Assembly: GCF_054482595.1 (NCBI RefSeq) | Contig: NZ_CM137008.1 | DNA length: 64,000 nt | Direction: 5' to 3' (one strand) | Part shown: positions 51,074-61,699 of the stretch, piece after piece | Numbering within the stretch: the first letter of the stretch is position 1 | How the letters are laid out: the number at the start of each line of letters is the position of its first letter | The notes under the pieces: model-generated | The model's input: the letters and a program-made list of their open reading frames with translations, nothing else | Told to the model about the DNA's origin: nothing | Databases searched by the model: none | Made by a program: the position numbers and the translations under genes

Positions 51074-52000
51074 ATGAATTATTCTTTAAAACAATTAAAG
51101 GTTTTCGTCACAGTAGCGCAGGAGAAAAGTTTTAGTCGTGCAGGAGAGCGTATCGGCCTGAGCCAGTCGGCAGTAAGTCACAGTGTGAAGGAGCTGGAAA
51201 ATCATACTGGTGTTCGCCTGCTGGACAGAACCACGCGTGAAGTGGTGCTTACAGATGCAGGGCAGCAGTTGGCTTTGCGTCTTGAGCGACTGCTGGATGA
51301 ACTTAACAGCACGTTGCGCGATACCGGGCGTATGGGGCAACAACTGAGCGGAAAAGTTCGGGTCGCTGCCAGCCAGACCATTTCCGCGCATCTTATTCCG
51401 CAATGCATTGCTGAAAGCCATCGCCGCTATCCAGATATTCAGTTTGTCCTGCACGATCGTCCGCAGCAGTGGGTGATGGAAAGTATTCGCCAGGGAGATG
51501 TCGACTTTGGCATCGTCATCGATCCAGGCCCAGTGGGCGATCTGCAATGTGAAGCGATTCTTTCCGAGCCTTTCTTTCTGCTTTGCCATCGGGATAGCGC
51601 TTTGGCCGCGGAAGATTATGTACCCTGGCAGGCATTACAGGGAGCGAAATTGGTGTTGCAGGATTACGCGTCAGGCAGCCGACCGCTGATTGACGCAGCG
51701 CTGGCGCGCAATGGTATTCAGGCGAATATTGTGCAGGAGATTGGACATCCGGCGACGCTATTCCCGATGGTAGCCGCAGGCATCGGCATCAGTATTCTTC
51801 CCGCACTGGCGCTACCATTGCCTGAAGGTAGCCCGCTGGTGGTAAAGCGCATTACGCCGGTTGTTGAACGCCAGTTGATGCTGGTGCGCAGGAAGAACCG
51901 TTCACTTTCCACCGCCGCTGAAGCGTTATGGGACGTGGTACGAGACCAGGGCAATGCGCTAATGGCTGGGCGGGAAGGGGATCCGTTGTATCAGATATAG
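51074..52000 (+). CDS. yfeR: LysR-family transcriptional regulator YfeR
   Basis: 308 aa; N-terminal HTH ([23 protein letters not shown]). Confidence 0.88.
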   Translation: MNYSLKQLKVFVTVAQEKSFSRAGERIGLSQSAVSHSVKELENHTGVRLLDRTTREVVLTDAGQQLALRLERLLDELNSTLRDTGRMGQQLSGKVRVAASQTISAHLIPQCIAESHRRYPDIQFVLHDRPQQWVMESIRQGDVDFGIVIDPGPVGDLQCEAILSEPFFLLCHRDSALAAEDYVPWQALQGAKLVLQDYASGSRPLIDAALARNGIQANIVQEIGHPATLFPMVAAGIGISILPALALPLPEGSPLVVKRITPVVERQLMLVRRKNRSLSTAAEALWDVVRDQGNALMAGREGDPLYQI

Positions 52001-52332
52001 ATATCGATATGAGTCGTTTTTTCAACAGGATTTAGAAGGGATACATTCAGAGACAAACGCTGCTCTTTTTCCTGCGCCTTTTCTGCCTGCTGTCTCTGCA
52101 ACTGCGCCAGTTGTGTTTCCAGTAGGGTGATTTGCTGTTGAATCAATTCGGCCTGTTTTTGTTTGTCTTCAGCACTGCCGCTAGTGTCTACAATCTCTTT
52201 AATTTGTTGAGTGAGTTTGATGATTTGCTGACTTATCCGCGCGATTTGTGAAGCAACATCGCTACCTTGTGATGCCATGTTACTACTCTGTGTTTGTATG
52301 GAAGGAATTGAAGTTGAAGAGATAGTGGCCAT
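51991..52332 (-). CDS. FlxA-like small Gln-rich coiled-coil protein (hypothetical)
   Basis: 113-aa ORF; QQ-rich heptad-like region [35 protein letters not shown] resembles the prophage-associated FlxA family (recalled, not searched); overlaps the yfeR 3' end by 10 nt; start codon uncertain (internal Met at codon 19). Confidence 0.5.
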   Translation of the reverse strand: MATISSTSIPSIQTQSSNMASQGSDVASQIARISQQIIKLTQQIKEIVDTSGSAEDKQKQAELIQQQITLLETQLAQLQRQQAEKAQEKEQRLSLNVSLLNPVEKTTHIDIYI

Positions 52333-52408
52333 TGTTCAGTCCTCGTCACTGTACGAGGTAATATCGGTAGAAGAACAAGGAACTTGAGAAGAAAAATCAA
52401 TCTTACAA

Positions 52409-52469
52409 ATCGCAGATAGCAAAAAAGCGCCTTTAGGGCGCTTTTTTACATTGGTGGGTCGTGCAGGAT
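52409..52469. repeat. 61-bp perfect direct repeat of the lysV 3' end plus downstream terminator region (second copy at 52565-52625)
   Basis: Identical 61-mer atcgcagatagcaaaaaagcgcctttagggcgcttttttacattggtgggtcgtgcaggat at 52409-52469 and 52565-52625; includes the last 18 nt of tRNA-Lys. Confidence 0.75.
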
Positions 52470-52575
52470 GACTCGCTTCGCTCGCCCTTCGGGCCGTCGC
52501 CGCGAGCGGCTCCGTTGTTTCGCTGCGCTCAACTCGAACCTGCTGCAGGTTCGAATCTTTGAGTATCGCAGATAG

Positions 52576-52603
52576 CAAAAAAGCGCCTTTAGGGCGCTTT
52601 TTT
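52576..52603 (-). terminator. Rho-independent terminator of the valU-valX-valY-lysV tRNA operon
   Basis: On the minus strand: aaaaagcgccctaaaggcgctttttt immediately after tRNA-Lys. Confidence 0.6.
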
Positions 52604-52607
52604 ACAT

Positions 52608-52683
52608 TGGTGGGTCGTGCAGGATTCGAACCTGCGACCAATTGATTAAAAGTCAACTGCTCTACCAACTGAGCTAACGACCC
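52608..52683 (-). tRNA. lysV: tRNA-Lys (anticodon UUU)
   Basis: Reverse complement GGGTCGTTAGCTCAGTTGGTAGAGCAGTTGACTTTTAATCAATTGGTCGCAGGTTCGAATCCTGCACGACCCACCA, 76 nt with CCA end. Confidence 0.95.
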
Positions 52684-52687
52684 GAAG

Positions 52688-52763
52688 TGGTGGGTGATGA
52701 CGGGATCGAACCGCCGACCCCCTCCTTGTAAGGGAGGTGCTCTCCCAGCTGAGCTAATCACCC
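52688..52763 (-). tRNA. valY: tRNA-Val (anticodon UAC)
   Basis: Reverse complement GGGTGATTAGCTCAGCTGGGAGAGCACCTCCCTTACAAGGAGGGGGTCGGCGGTTCGATCCCGTCATCACCCACCA. Confidence 0.95.
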
Positions 52764-52809
52764 ACTTCGGTACTTCACATTGTTACAAGAAATTTAGCTG
52801 GCGAGAAAG

Positions 52810-52885
52810 TGGTGGGTGATGACGGGATCGAACCGCCGACCCCCTCCTTGTAAGGGAGGTGCTCTCCCAGCTGAGCTAATCACCC
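52810..52885 (-). tRNA. valX: tRNA-Val (anticodon UAC)
   Basis: Identical 76-nt tRNA-Val sequence. Confidence 0.95.
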
Positions 52886-52929
52886 ACTTCTCAATTTCTT
52901 GCTACACGGCGGAGACTACATAAAGTAGT

Positions 52930-53005
52930 TGGTGGGTGATGACGGGATCGAACCGCCGACCCCCTCCTTGTAAGGGAGGTGCTCTCCCAGCTGAGCTAAT
53001 CACCC
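52930..53005 (-). tRNA. valU: tRNA-Val (anticodon UAC)
   Basis: Third tRNA-Val copy (one base differs from the other two near the 5' end). Confidence 0.95.
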
Positions 53006-53263
53006 CCGCTGTGTGGAGTCGCATTATAGGGAGAGTTCAAAATGAGTCAACGCATTTTCTAAAGAAATTGTTCGTTCGTCGTAAATTTAAGCAAGATGAT
53101 CGCAAAACAGACCGTGTTGCGCAATTTGTCAACGAAAACAATAATGCGTAAGGTAGAAACCCGAACTACATTGAGGAATCAGGCGGGAGTGATAGAATAT
53201 CGCCCACTCAATTTTTCCAGGATTTGCCGGTTGTCGGCATCTTTCTAAACGTAAGGCCATTTC

Positions 53264-54679
53264 ATGAAAATCAAAACTCGCTTCGCGCCAAGCCCAACAG
53301 GCTATCTGCACGTTGGCGGCGCGCGTACTGCTCTTTACTCCTGGCTTTTTGCACGTAACCACGGCGGTGAGTTCGTGCTGCGTATTGAAGACACCGATCT
53401 TGAGCGTTCCACGCCGGAAGCTATCGAAGCCATTATGGATGGCATGAACTGGCTGAGCCTGGAGTGGGATGAAGGTCCGTACTACCAGACCAAACGTTTT
53501 GATCGCTACAACGCAGTGATCGATCAGATGCTGGAGGAGGGCACTGCTTATAAATGCTATTGCTCTAAAGAGCGCCTGGAAGCGCTGCGCGAAGAACAAA
53601 TGGCGAAAGGTGAGAAGCCGCGTTATGACGGTCGCTGCCGCCACAGTCATGAGCATCACGCTGATGATGAGCCGTGTGTCGTACGTTTTGCTAACCCGCA
53701 GGAAGGTTCTGTTGTTTTTGACGATCAGATCCGTGGTCCGATCGAGTTCAGCAACCAGGAGCTGGATGATCTGATTATCCGCCGTACCGATGGTTCCCCA
53801 ACCTATAACTTCTGTGTGGTTGTCGATGACTGGGATATGGAAATCACCCACGTTATCCGTGGCGAAGACCATATCAACAACACGCCACGCCAGATCAACA
53901 TTCTTAAAGCCCTGAAAGCGCCGGTACCGGTTTACGCGCACGTTTCTATGATCAACGGCGATGACGGCAAAAAACTGTCCAAACGTCACGGGGCAGTCAG
54001 CGTAATGCAGTATCGTGATGACGGTTATTTGCCCGAAGCACTGCTGAACTATCTGGTGCGTCTGGGCTGGTCCCACGGCGATCAGGAAATCTTCACTCGT
54101 GAAGAGATGATCAAATACTTCACTCTGAATGCCGTCAGCAAATCTGCCAGTGCGTTCAACACCGACAAGTTGCTGTGGCTGAACCATCACTACATTAATG
54201 CGCTGCCGCCGGAGTATGTTGCTACTCACTTACAGTGGCACATTGAGCAGGAAAATATCGATACCCGTAACGGCCCGCAGCTGGCTGATCTGGTGAAACT
54301 GCTGGGCGAACGCTGCAAGACGCTGAAAGAGATGGCACAGAGCTGCCGTTATTTCTACGAAGATTTTGCTGAGTTCGATGCCGATGCCGCGAAAAAACAT
54401 CTGCGTCCGGTAGCGCGTCAGCCGCTGGAAGTAGTTCGTGACAAACTGGCCGCGATTACTGACTGGACAGCTGAAAACGTTCATCACGCTATTCAGGCGA
54501 CGGCGGATGAGCTGGAAGTGGGTATGGGTAAAGTTGGTATGCCGCTGCGTGTCGCCGTAACCGGTGCGGGGCAGTCTCCGGCACTGGATGTTACCGTTCA
54601 CGCAATCGGTAAGACACGTAGCATTGAGCGTATCAACAAAGCGCTGGCCTTTATTGCTGAACGCGAAAACCAGCAGTAA
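53264..54679 (+). CDS. gltX: Glutamyl-tRNA synthetase
   Basis: 471 aa; class I HIGH motif ([15 protein letters not shown]) and KMSKS-like KLSKR. Confidence 0.97.
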   Translation: MKIKTRFAPSPTGYLHVGGARTALYSWLFARNHGGEFVLRIEDTDLERSTPEAIEAIMDGMNWLSLEWDEGPYYQTKRFDRYNAVIDQMLEEGTAYKCYCSKERLEALREEQMAKGEKPRYDGRCRHSHEHHADDEPCVVRFANPQEGSVVFDDQIRGPIEFSNQELDDLIIRRTDGSPTYNFCVVVDDWDMEITHVIRGEDHINNTPRQINILKALKAPVPVYAHVSMINGDDGKKLSKRHGAVSVMQYRDDGYLPEALLNYLVRLGWSHGDQEIFTREEMIKYFTLNAVSKSASAFNTDKLLWLNHHYINALPPEYVATHLQWHIEQENIDTRNGPQLADLVKLLGERCKTLKEMAQSCRYFYEDFAEFDADAAKKHLRPVARQPLEVVRDKLAAITDWTAENVHHAIQATADELEVGMGKVGMPLRVAVTGAGQSPALDVTVHAIGKTRSIERINKALAFIAERENQQ

Positions 54680-54698
54680 TTAGCGTGTAAAAAGATAA

Positions 54699-54729
54699 AC
54701 GGCAGGAGATAATATCCTGCCGTTTTTTA
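54699..54729. terminator. Bidirectional rho-independent terminator between convergent gltX and yfeD
   Basis: acggcagga-gataata-tcctgccgt followed by TTTTTT. Confidence 0.6.
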
Positions 54730-54730
54730 T

Positions 54731-55123
54731 TTATGCTGATTCGTCAATATCGAGACGGGCGAGGAAATTGCGAATTCCTTCACGTGACAAAAATTGCGCG
54801 ACTTTTTCCTGCTCAATGTCTGTCATATTATCTATCGCGTTGATGATTTGTCGATACGCCGGGGCGCGTGCTCCAGGAGCGTATTCAGCAATTCTCTCTT
54901 CAGCTTCCATCAACATTGGTGTGTTATGGAACGCAGGCGTGTTCTGAATAAACTCGCAAACTTGCGTATCGACCAGAATAAGTCTGGCACGACCGCCTTT
55001 CACGCCGGGAAATTTTTCCGTTTTCCAGCCTTTTTCTCTGATCCAACGGTTAACAGTTTGTTTAGCCACACCGAGGCATTCAGCCAGTTCTTCGGTGGTC
55101 ATTTTATTGCGTAATCTTTTCAT
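54731..55123 (-). CDS. yfeD: Small putative DNA-binding protein YfeD (HTH; paralogue of YfeC)
   Basis: 130 aa; N-terminal HTH-like TTEELAECLGVAKQTVNRWIREKGW. Confidence 0.85.
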   Translation of the reverse strand: MKRLRNKMTTEELAECLGVAKQTVNRWIREKGWKTEKFPGVKGGRARLILVDTQVCEFIQNTPAFHNTPMLMEAEERIAEYAPGARAPAYRQIINAIDNMTDIEQEKVAQFLSREGIRNFLARLDIDESA

Positions 55124-55124
55124 A

Positions 55125-55484
55125 TTATTTGCTATCGCGAATCCCTAAGCGTTGTAACAATCCGATAATCCCTTCCCGCAGAAGCAAGGATGTAAACTGT
55201 TTTTGTTCAACTGGCGTCATCTCTTTCGCCAGTGTCACCAGCAATACTTCAAGCGGCGCATCACCAGAAAGGGCAGGCGCTTCTCCCTGACCTTCTGGAC
55301 GTTCAGCATTACGAATATATTCACGAACCTGTTCATTGACGTGAACCAGTCGGGCTTTGCCACCCTGGACGCCTGGTTTTGGTGACGTCGTCCAGCCTTC
55401 CTTGCGTACCCATTTATTAATGGTCTGGCGGCTATAGCCGGTCAGTCTGGCAAGTTCATCTGGCGTCATCCTCTCCTTGAACAT
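55125..55484 (-). CDS. yfeC: Small putative DNA-binding protein YfeC (HTH; paralogue of YfeD)
   Basis: 119 aa; TPDELARLTGYSRQTINKWVRKEGW aligns with the YfeD N-terminus; 1 bp from the yfeD start. Confidence 0.85.
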   Translation of the reverse strand: MFKERMTPDELARLTGYSRQTINKWVRKEGWTTSPKPGVQGGKARLVHVNEQVREYIRNAERPEGQGEAPALSGDAPLEVLLVTLAKEMTPVEQKQFTSLLLREGIIGLLQRLGIRDSK

Positions 55485-55704
55485 AACAATTCCCTGAATG
55501 TATGTGGGTCTATTAGTAGTTCATTTTATAGCACCACTTTACAGGAAACCGTGACATGAATAACTACTGAATGCGAGCGGTTTTCCAAAATTGTTCATTT
55601 GCCTGATTTTTCAGCGATTGAAACTACACGTTGCAATTTGCCGTTGACACATTCGGGCGGAATTCATATGATGCCGCCCGTCAACTCGACAAGCTTTACG
55701 TGAC

Positions 55705-55780
<76 letters not shown>

Positions 55781-55819
55781 AATTTTGCACCCAGCAAATT
55801 TGGTACGTAAACGCATCGT

Positions 55820-55895
<76 letters not shown>

Positions 55896-55904
55896 AATTT
55901 CCAA

Positions 55905-55930
55905 CCCTCGCTGCAAAGCGGGGGTTTTTT
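55905..55930 (+). terminator. Rho-independent terminator after the tRNA-Ala pair
   Basis: ccctcgc-tgcaaa-gcggggg followed by TTTTTT. Confidence 0.6.
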
Positions 55931-56102
55931 GTCTCTGCTTTTTGCCGCTTTTGTAATACAGTCTACGTCCGGGTTAGCGCCGCCTGGTGAAAGCATCATT
56001 GGATGAAAAATCGGCAACAGGCTGGCCCTTGTTTGCTTCGCGATGCGAATAAACTTATTATTTGTGTGCCTGAAAACCCCGATCAGTGAGAGTAGTGTAC
56101 TC

Positions 56103-58292
56103 ATGTTTGTGGAGCATAACCTGATAAAAAATATCAAGATATTCACACTAGCGTTTACGCTCACCGTGGTACTTATTCAGCTTTCCCGTTTTATTTCGCC
56201 ACTTGCCATTATCCATTCCAGTTATATCTTTCTGGCGTGGATGCCACTGTGCGTAATGCTGTCAATCTTGTTTATCTTTGGCTGGCGCGGTGTCGTTCCC
56301 GTTTTATGCGGGATGTTTTGCACCAATCTGTGGAACTTTCATCTCTCTTTTTTACAGACTGCGGTCATGCTCAGCAGCCAGACGTTTGTCGTGTTATGTG
56401 CCTGCGCAATATTACGCTGGCAGCTGGGGACGCGTTGGCGTTATGGATTGACCAGCCGATATGTCTGGCAACGTCTGTTCTGGCTTGGTTTGGTGACGCC
56501 GATCGGCATCAAATGCAGCATGTATCTTGTGGGGAGCTTCTTTGATTTCCCGCTAAAGATATCCACCTTTTTCGGCGATGCGGATGCCATTTTCACGGTC
56601 GTTGATTTGCTAAGCCTTTTCACCGCGGTGCTGATTTACAACATGCTTTTCTACTATCTCACTCGCATGATTGTAAGTCCCCACTTTGCGCAGATATTGT
56701 GGCGCAGGGATATCGCTCCGTCGTTGGGCAAAGAGAAACGCGCATTTACCTTAAGCTGGCTGGCAGCGTTAAGCGTGCTGCTACTTCTGTTGTGCACACC
56801 TTATGAAAACGACTTTATTGCCGGTTACCTGGTACCCGTTTTCTTCATCATCTTTACCCTCGGGGTCGGTAAGCTTCGCTATCCGTTTTTAAATCTCACC
56901 TGGGCTGTTTCAACGCTTTGCCTGCTGAATTACAACCAGAACTTTTTGCAAGGGGTGGAAACCGAATATTCGCTGGCATTTATTCTTGCGGTGCTGATTT
57001 CCTTTAGCGTTTGCCTGCTCTATATGGTGCGCATTTATCATCGCAGTGAATGGCTTAATCGCCGCTGGCATTTGCAGGCGCTGACCGATCCGTTAACGCT
57101 CCTGCCCAACTTTCGTGCGTTGGAACAAGCGCCGGAGCAAGAGGCGGGCAAGAGTTTTTGCTGCCTGCGCATTGATAATCTTGAGTTTATGAGTCGTCAT
57201 TACGGGTTAATGATGCGCGTTCACTGTATCCGATCAATTTACCGTACGCTGCTGCCGTTGATGCAGGAAAACGAAAAGTTGTATCAATTGCCGGGTAGTG
57301 AACTGCTGTTAGTGCTGAGCGGGCCGGAAACGGAAGGGCGACTCCAGCATATGGTTAACATCCTGAATAGTCGGCAAATTCACTGGAACAATACCGGGCT
57401 GGATATGGGCTATGGTGCTGCCTGGGGGCGTTTTGATGGAAATCAGGAAACCCTGCAACCCTTGTTGGGGCAGTTAAGCTGGCTGGCGGAGCAATCCTGC
57501 GCACATCATCATGTGCTGGCGCTGGATAGCCGAGAGGAGATGGTTTCCGGGCAGACCACTAAACAGGTGCTATTGCTGAATACCATTCGCACGGCGTTAG
57601 ATCAGGGTGATTTGCTGCTCTACGCCCAGCCAATTCGCAACAAAGAGGGTGAAGGTTATGATGAGATCCTCGCGCGACTGAAATATGACGGCGGCATTAT
57701 GACCCCGGATAAGTTTCTGCCCCTTATTGCTCAGTTTAATCTTAGCGCGCGTTTTGATTTGCAAGTGCTGGAATCCTTGTTGAAGTGGCTGGCAACACAC
57801 CCTTGCGACAAAAAAGGCCCGCGCTTTTCAGTTAATTTAATGCCGCTCACGCTGCTGCAAAAGAATATTGCCGGGCGGATTATTCGTCTATTTAAGCGTT
57901 ATCACATCTCCCCGCAGGCGGTCATTCTTGAGATCACCGAGGAGCAGGCGTTTTCTAACGCAGAAAGCAGCATGTACAACATCGAGCAGCTGCATAAGTT
58001 TGGTTTCCGGATTGCGATTGATGACTTTGGCACCGGCTATGCCAACTACGAACGGTTAAAGCGTTTGCAGGCTGATATCATCAAAATTGATGGCGTCTTT
58101 GTGAAAGATATTGTCACGAATACGCTGGATGCGATGATTGTGAGATCAATTACCGATCTGGCGAAAGCGAAGTCATTGAGTGTGGTCGCGGAGTTTGTCG
58201 AGACGCAACAGCAGCAGGCGTTATTGCATAAGCTCGGGGTGCAATATCTGCAGGGGTATTTGATTGGTCGCCCGCAGCCATTAGCTGATTAA
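56103..58292 (+). CDS. pdeA: c-di-GMP phosphodiesterase PdeA (YfeA): MASE-type membrane domain, degenerate GGDEF and EAL domains
   Basis: 729 aa from ATG 56103 (MFVEHNLIKN...); hydrophobic N-terminal third; EAL-domain motifs near the C-terminus (QPI...DDFGTGYA). Confidence 0.85.
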   Translation: MFVEHNLIKNIKIFTLAFTLTVVLIQLSRFISPLAIIHSSYIFLAWMPLCVMLSILFIFGWRGVVPVLCGMFCTNLWNFHLSFLQTAVMLSSQTFVVLCACAILRWQLGTRWRYGLTSRYVWQRLFWLGLVTPIGIKCSMYLVGSFFDFPLKISTFFGDADAIFTVVDLLSLFTAVLIYNMLFYYLTRMIVSPHFAQILWRRDIAPSLGKEKRAFTLSWLAALSVLLLLLCTPYENDFIAGYLVPVFFIIFTLGVGKLRYPFLNLTWAVSTLCLLNYNQNFLQGVETEYSLAFILAVLISFSVCLLYMVRIYHRSEWLNRRWHLQALTDPLTLLPNFRALEQAPEQEAGKSFCCLRIDNLEFMSRHYGLMMRVHCIRSIYRTLLPLMQENEKLYQLPGSELLLVLSGPETEGRLQHMVNILNSRQIHWNNTGLDMGYGAAWGRFDGNQETLQPLLGQLSWLAEQSCAHHHVLALDSREEMVSGQTTKQVLLLNTIRTALDQGDLLLYAQPIRNKEGEGYDEILARLKYDGGIMTPDKFLPLIAQFNLSARFDLQVLESLLKWLATHPCDKKGPRFSVNLMPLTLLQKNIAGRIIRLFKRYHISPQAVILEITEEQAFSNAESSMYNIEQLHKFGFRIAIDDFGTGYANYERLKRLQADIIKIDGVFVKDIVTNTLDAMIVRSITDLAKAKSLSVVAEFVETQQQQALLHKLGVQYLQGYLIGRPQPLAD

Positions 58293-58300
58293 CAGGCGTA

Positions 58301-58332
58301 AAAAAACCGGGGAATTATCCCCGGCTTTTTTA
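58301..58332. terminator. Bidirectional rho-independent terminator between convergent pdeA and nupC
   Basis: AAAAAAA-ccggggaat-tatccccgg-cTTTTTT. Confidence 0.6.
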
Positions 58333-58341
58333 TGTATGGTC

Positions 58342-59544
58342 TTACAGCACCAGTGCTGCGATTGACGCAGACAGCACACTCACCAGGGTAGAGCCGTAAA
58401 CCAGTTTCAGACCGAAGCGAGAAACCACATTACCTTGCTCTTCATTCAGGCCTTTAACTGCACCTGCAATAATTCCGATTGAAGAGAAGTTAGCGAAGGA
58501 AACCAGGAACACAGAGATGATGCCTTCAGCACGCGGAGAGAGCGTGGAAGCAATTTTCTGCAGATCCATCATCGCAACGAACTCGTTAGAAACCAGTTTG
58601 GTCGCCATGATACTGCCCACTTGCAGTGCTTCGCTGGACGGAACACCCATCACCCATGCAATCGGATAGAAGATGTAGCCCAGGATGCCCTGGAAGGAGA
58701 TGCTGTAGCCAAACCAGCCAGTCACGGTGGCAAACAGTGCGTTCAGCGCGGCGATCAGGGCGATGAAGCCAATCAGCATTGCGGCAACGATAATGGCAAC
58801 TTTGAAACCTGCCAGAATGTATTCACCCAGCATTTCGAAGAAGCTCTGACCTTCGTGCAGGTTGGACATCTGAATGTTTTCTTCACTGGCATCAACACGG
58901 TAAGGGTTGATCAGCGACAGCACGATAAAGGTGCTGAACATGTTCAGTACCAGCGCCGCAACGACATATTTCGGCTCCAGCATGGTCATGTATGCACCAA
59001 CGATGGACATAGATACGGTGGACATCGCCGTTGCTGCCATGGTGTACATACGATTGCGGGAGATTTTGCCGAGGATATCTTTATAGGCAATAAAGTTTTC
59101 AGACTGACCCAGAATCAGAGAGCTGACGGCGTTAAAGGATTCCAGTTTGCCCATGCCGTTGACTTTGGAGAGCAGGAAACCAATTGCGCGGATAATCACC
59201 GGCAACACGCGAATGTGCTGGAGAATACCGATCAGTGCAGAGATAAAGACGATTGGGCACAGCACTTTCAGGAAGAAGAATGCCAGGCCTTGATCATTCA
59301 TGCTACCAAAGACGAAGTTAGTCCCTTCGTTGGCAAATCCGAGCAGTTTTTCGAACATTTCGGAGAAGCCTTTCACGAAGCCTAAACCAACGTCGGAGTT
59401 CAGGAAGAACCACGCCAGTAACACTTCGATAACAAGCAGTTGAATAACATAACGGATACGAATTTTTTTGCGGTCGCTGCTTACCAGCAGTGCGAGAATC
59501 GCAACAACGGCAAGTGCCAGTACAAAATGAAGGACGCGGTCCAT
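58342..59544 (-). CDS. nupC: Nucleoside:H+ symporter NupC
   Basis: 400 aa from ATG at 59544 ([14 protein letters not shown]...); the track ORF carries a 13-codon upstream extension. Confidence 0.9.
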
Positions 59545-59808
59545 ATTTGCTCCAAATATGAGGCAGGTTAAATTTCCGTGCACATTCTATGTAACATGGT
59601 TAAGGAAAACGAGATCTGACACACACTATAATGACGTCCTGTGACAAGCTTCAAAAATAGTGAGCTGTCATACATTTCTGCTATGTTGTGTATGGAAGCT
59701 GAAAGTTATGTAAATGTGCTAACATTAAACATAACCATAACATTCAAGTCATCAATCTTTTCGTAGTCATAATCCTGGTCTATCAGAGAAATCACCACAA
59801 CCCATTTA

Positions 59809-59830
59809 AATGAATTTGATAATCATTCTC
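59809..59830 (+). promoter_or_regulatory. Putative Fur box in the mntH promoter
   Basis: aatgaatttgataatcattctc resembles the Fur consensus GATAATGATAATCATTATC; about 50 nt upstream of the mntH start. Confidence 0.5.
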
Positions 59831-59845
59831 GTTTGGCATAGCATG

Positions 59846-59867
59846 AAACATAGCAAAGGCTATGTTT
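59846..59867 (+). promoter_or_regulatory. Putative MntR operator (perfect palindrome) in the mntH promoter
   Basis: AAACATAGC-aaag-GCTATGTTT, perfect 9-bp inverted repeat 13 nt upstream of the mntH ATG. Confidence 0.6.
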
Positions 59868-59870
59868 TAG

Positions 59871-61118
<1,248 letters not shown>

Positions 61119-61124
61119 TTGAAT

Positions 61125-61236
<112 letters not shown>

Positions 61237-61258
61237 TGTGCTCCATTGGCGAATGTGT

Positions 61259-61585
61259 TTAATGGCGGTGTCCATGTCCGCGGCCTTTTCCGCGATGATC
61301 GTCACGATCGCGCCAGCCTTCACGATAGCCACGCTCATATGCTTTACGCTTATCCCAGCCACGATGGTAGCCATTATCATGACGCCACCAGCGGTTTTTA
61401 CGCCATTCATAATTGCGATGCCAGTAGTCACGGTCGCGCCAGTGACCACCGTCCCAGTAATTACCGTAATGATCGCGATCGCCAATTTGTAATTTGATTG
61501 ATGGCAGTAGGGTGATTTCGCCTGCGTTTGCTGCAAGCGGGGTAAATGCCATCAGGGCGGCCGCCAGAAACAGTGACCTGAACAT
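61259..61585 (-). CDS. ypeC: Secreted protein YpeC (DUF2502) with Arg/Trp/His/Asp-rich repetitive C-terminal half
   Basis: 108 aa; signal peptide [21 protein letters not shown]; C-terminus [31 protein letters not shown]...GHGHRH. Confidence 0.8.
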
Positions 61586-61699
61586 TGTTATTCTCCTTCA
61601 CGATCGAAGCCGTCAGCGGCCTGTTAACGCAATATTACGGGGAGGTAAAGCCCCGTATCATCGCCATAACTCTTAAATCATAAAGGAGAGCATTTTTTG

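Noticed and set aside
52336-52761. 141-aa minus-strand ORF spanning the lysV/valY region
   Set aside because: Overlaps two tRNA genes and the direct repeat; the reading frame is an artefact of the tRNA sequence.
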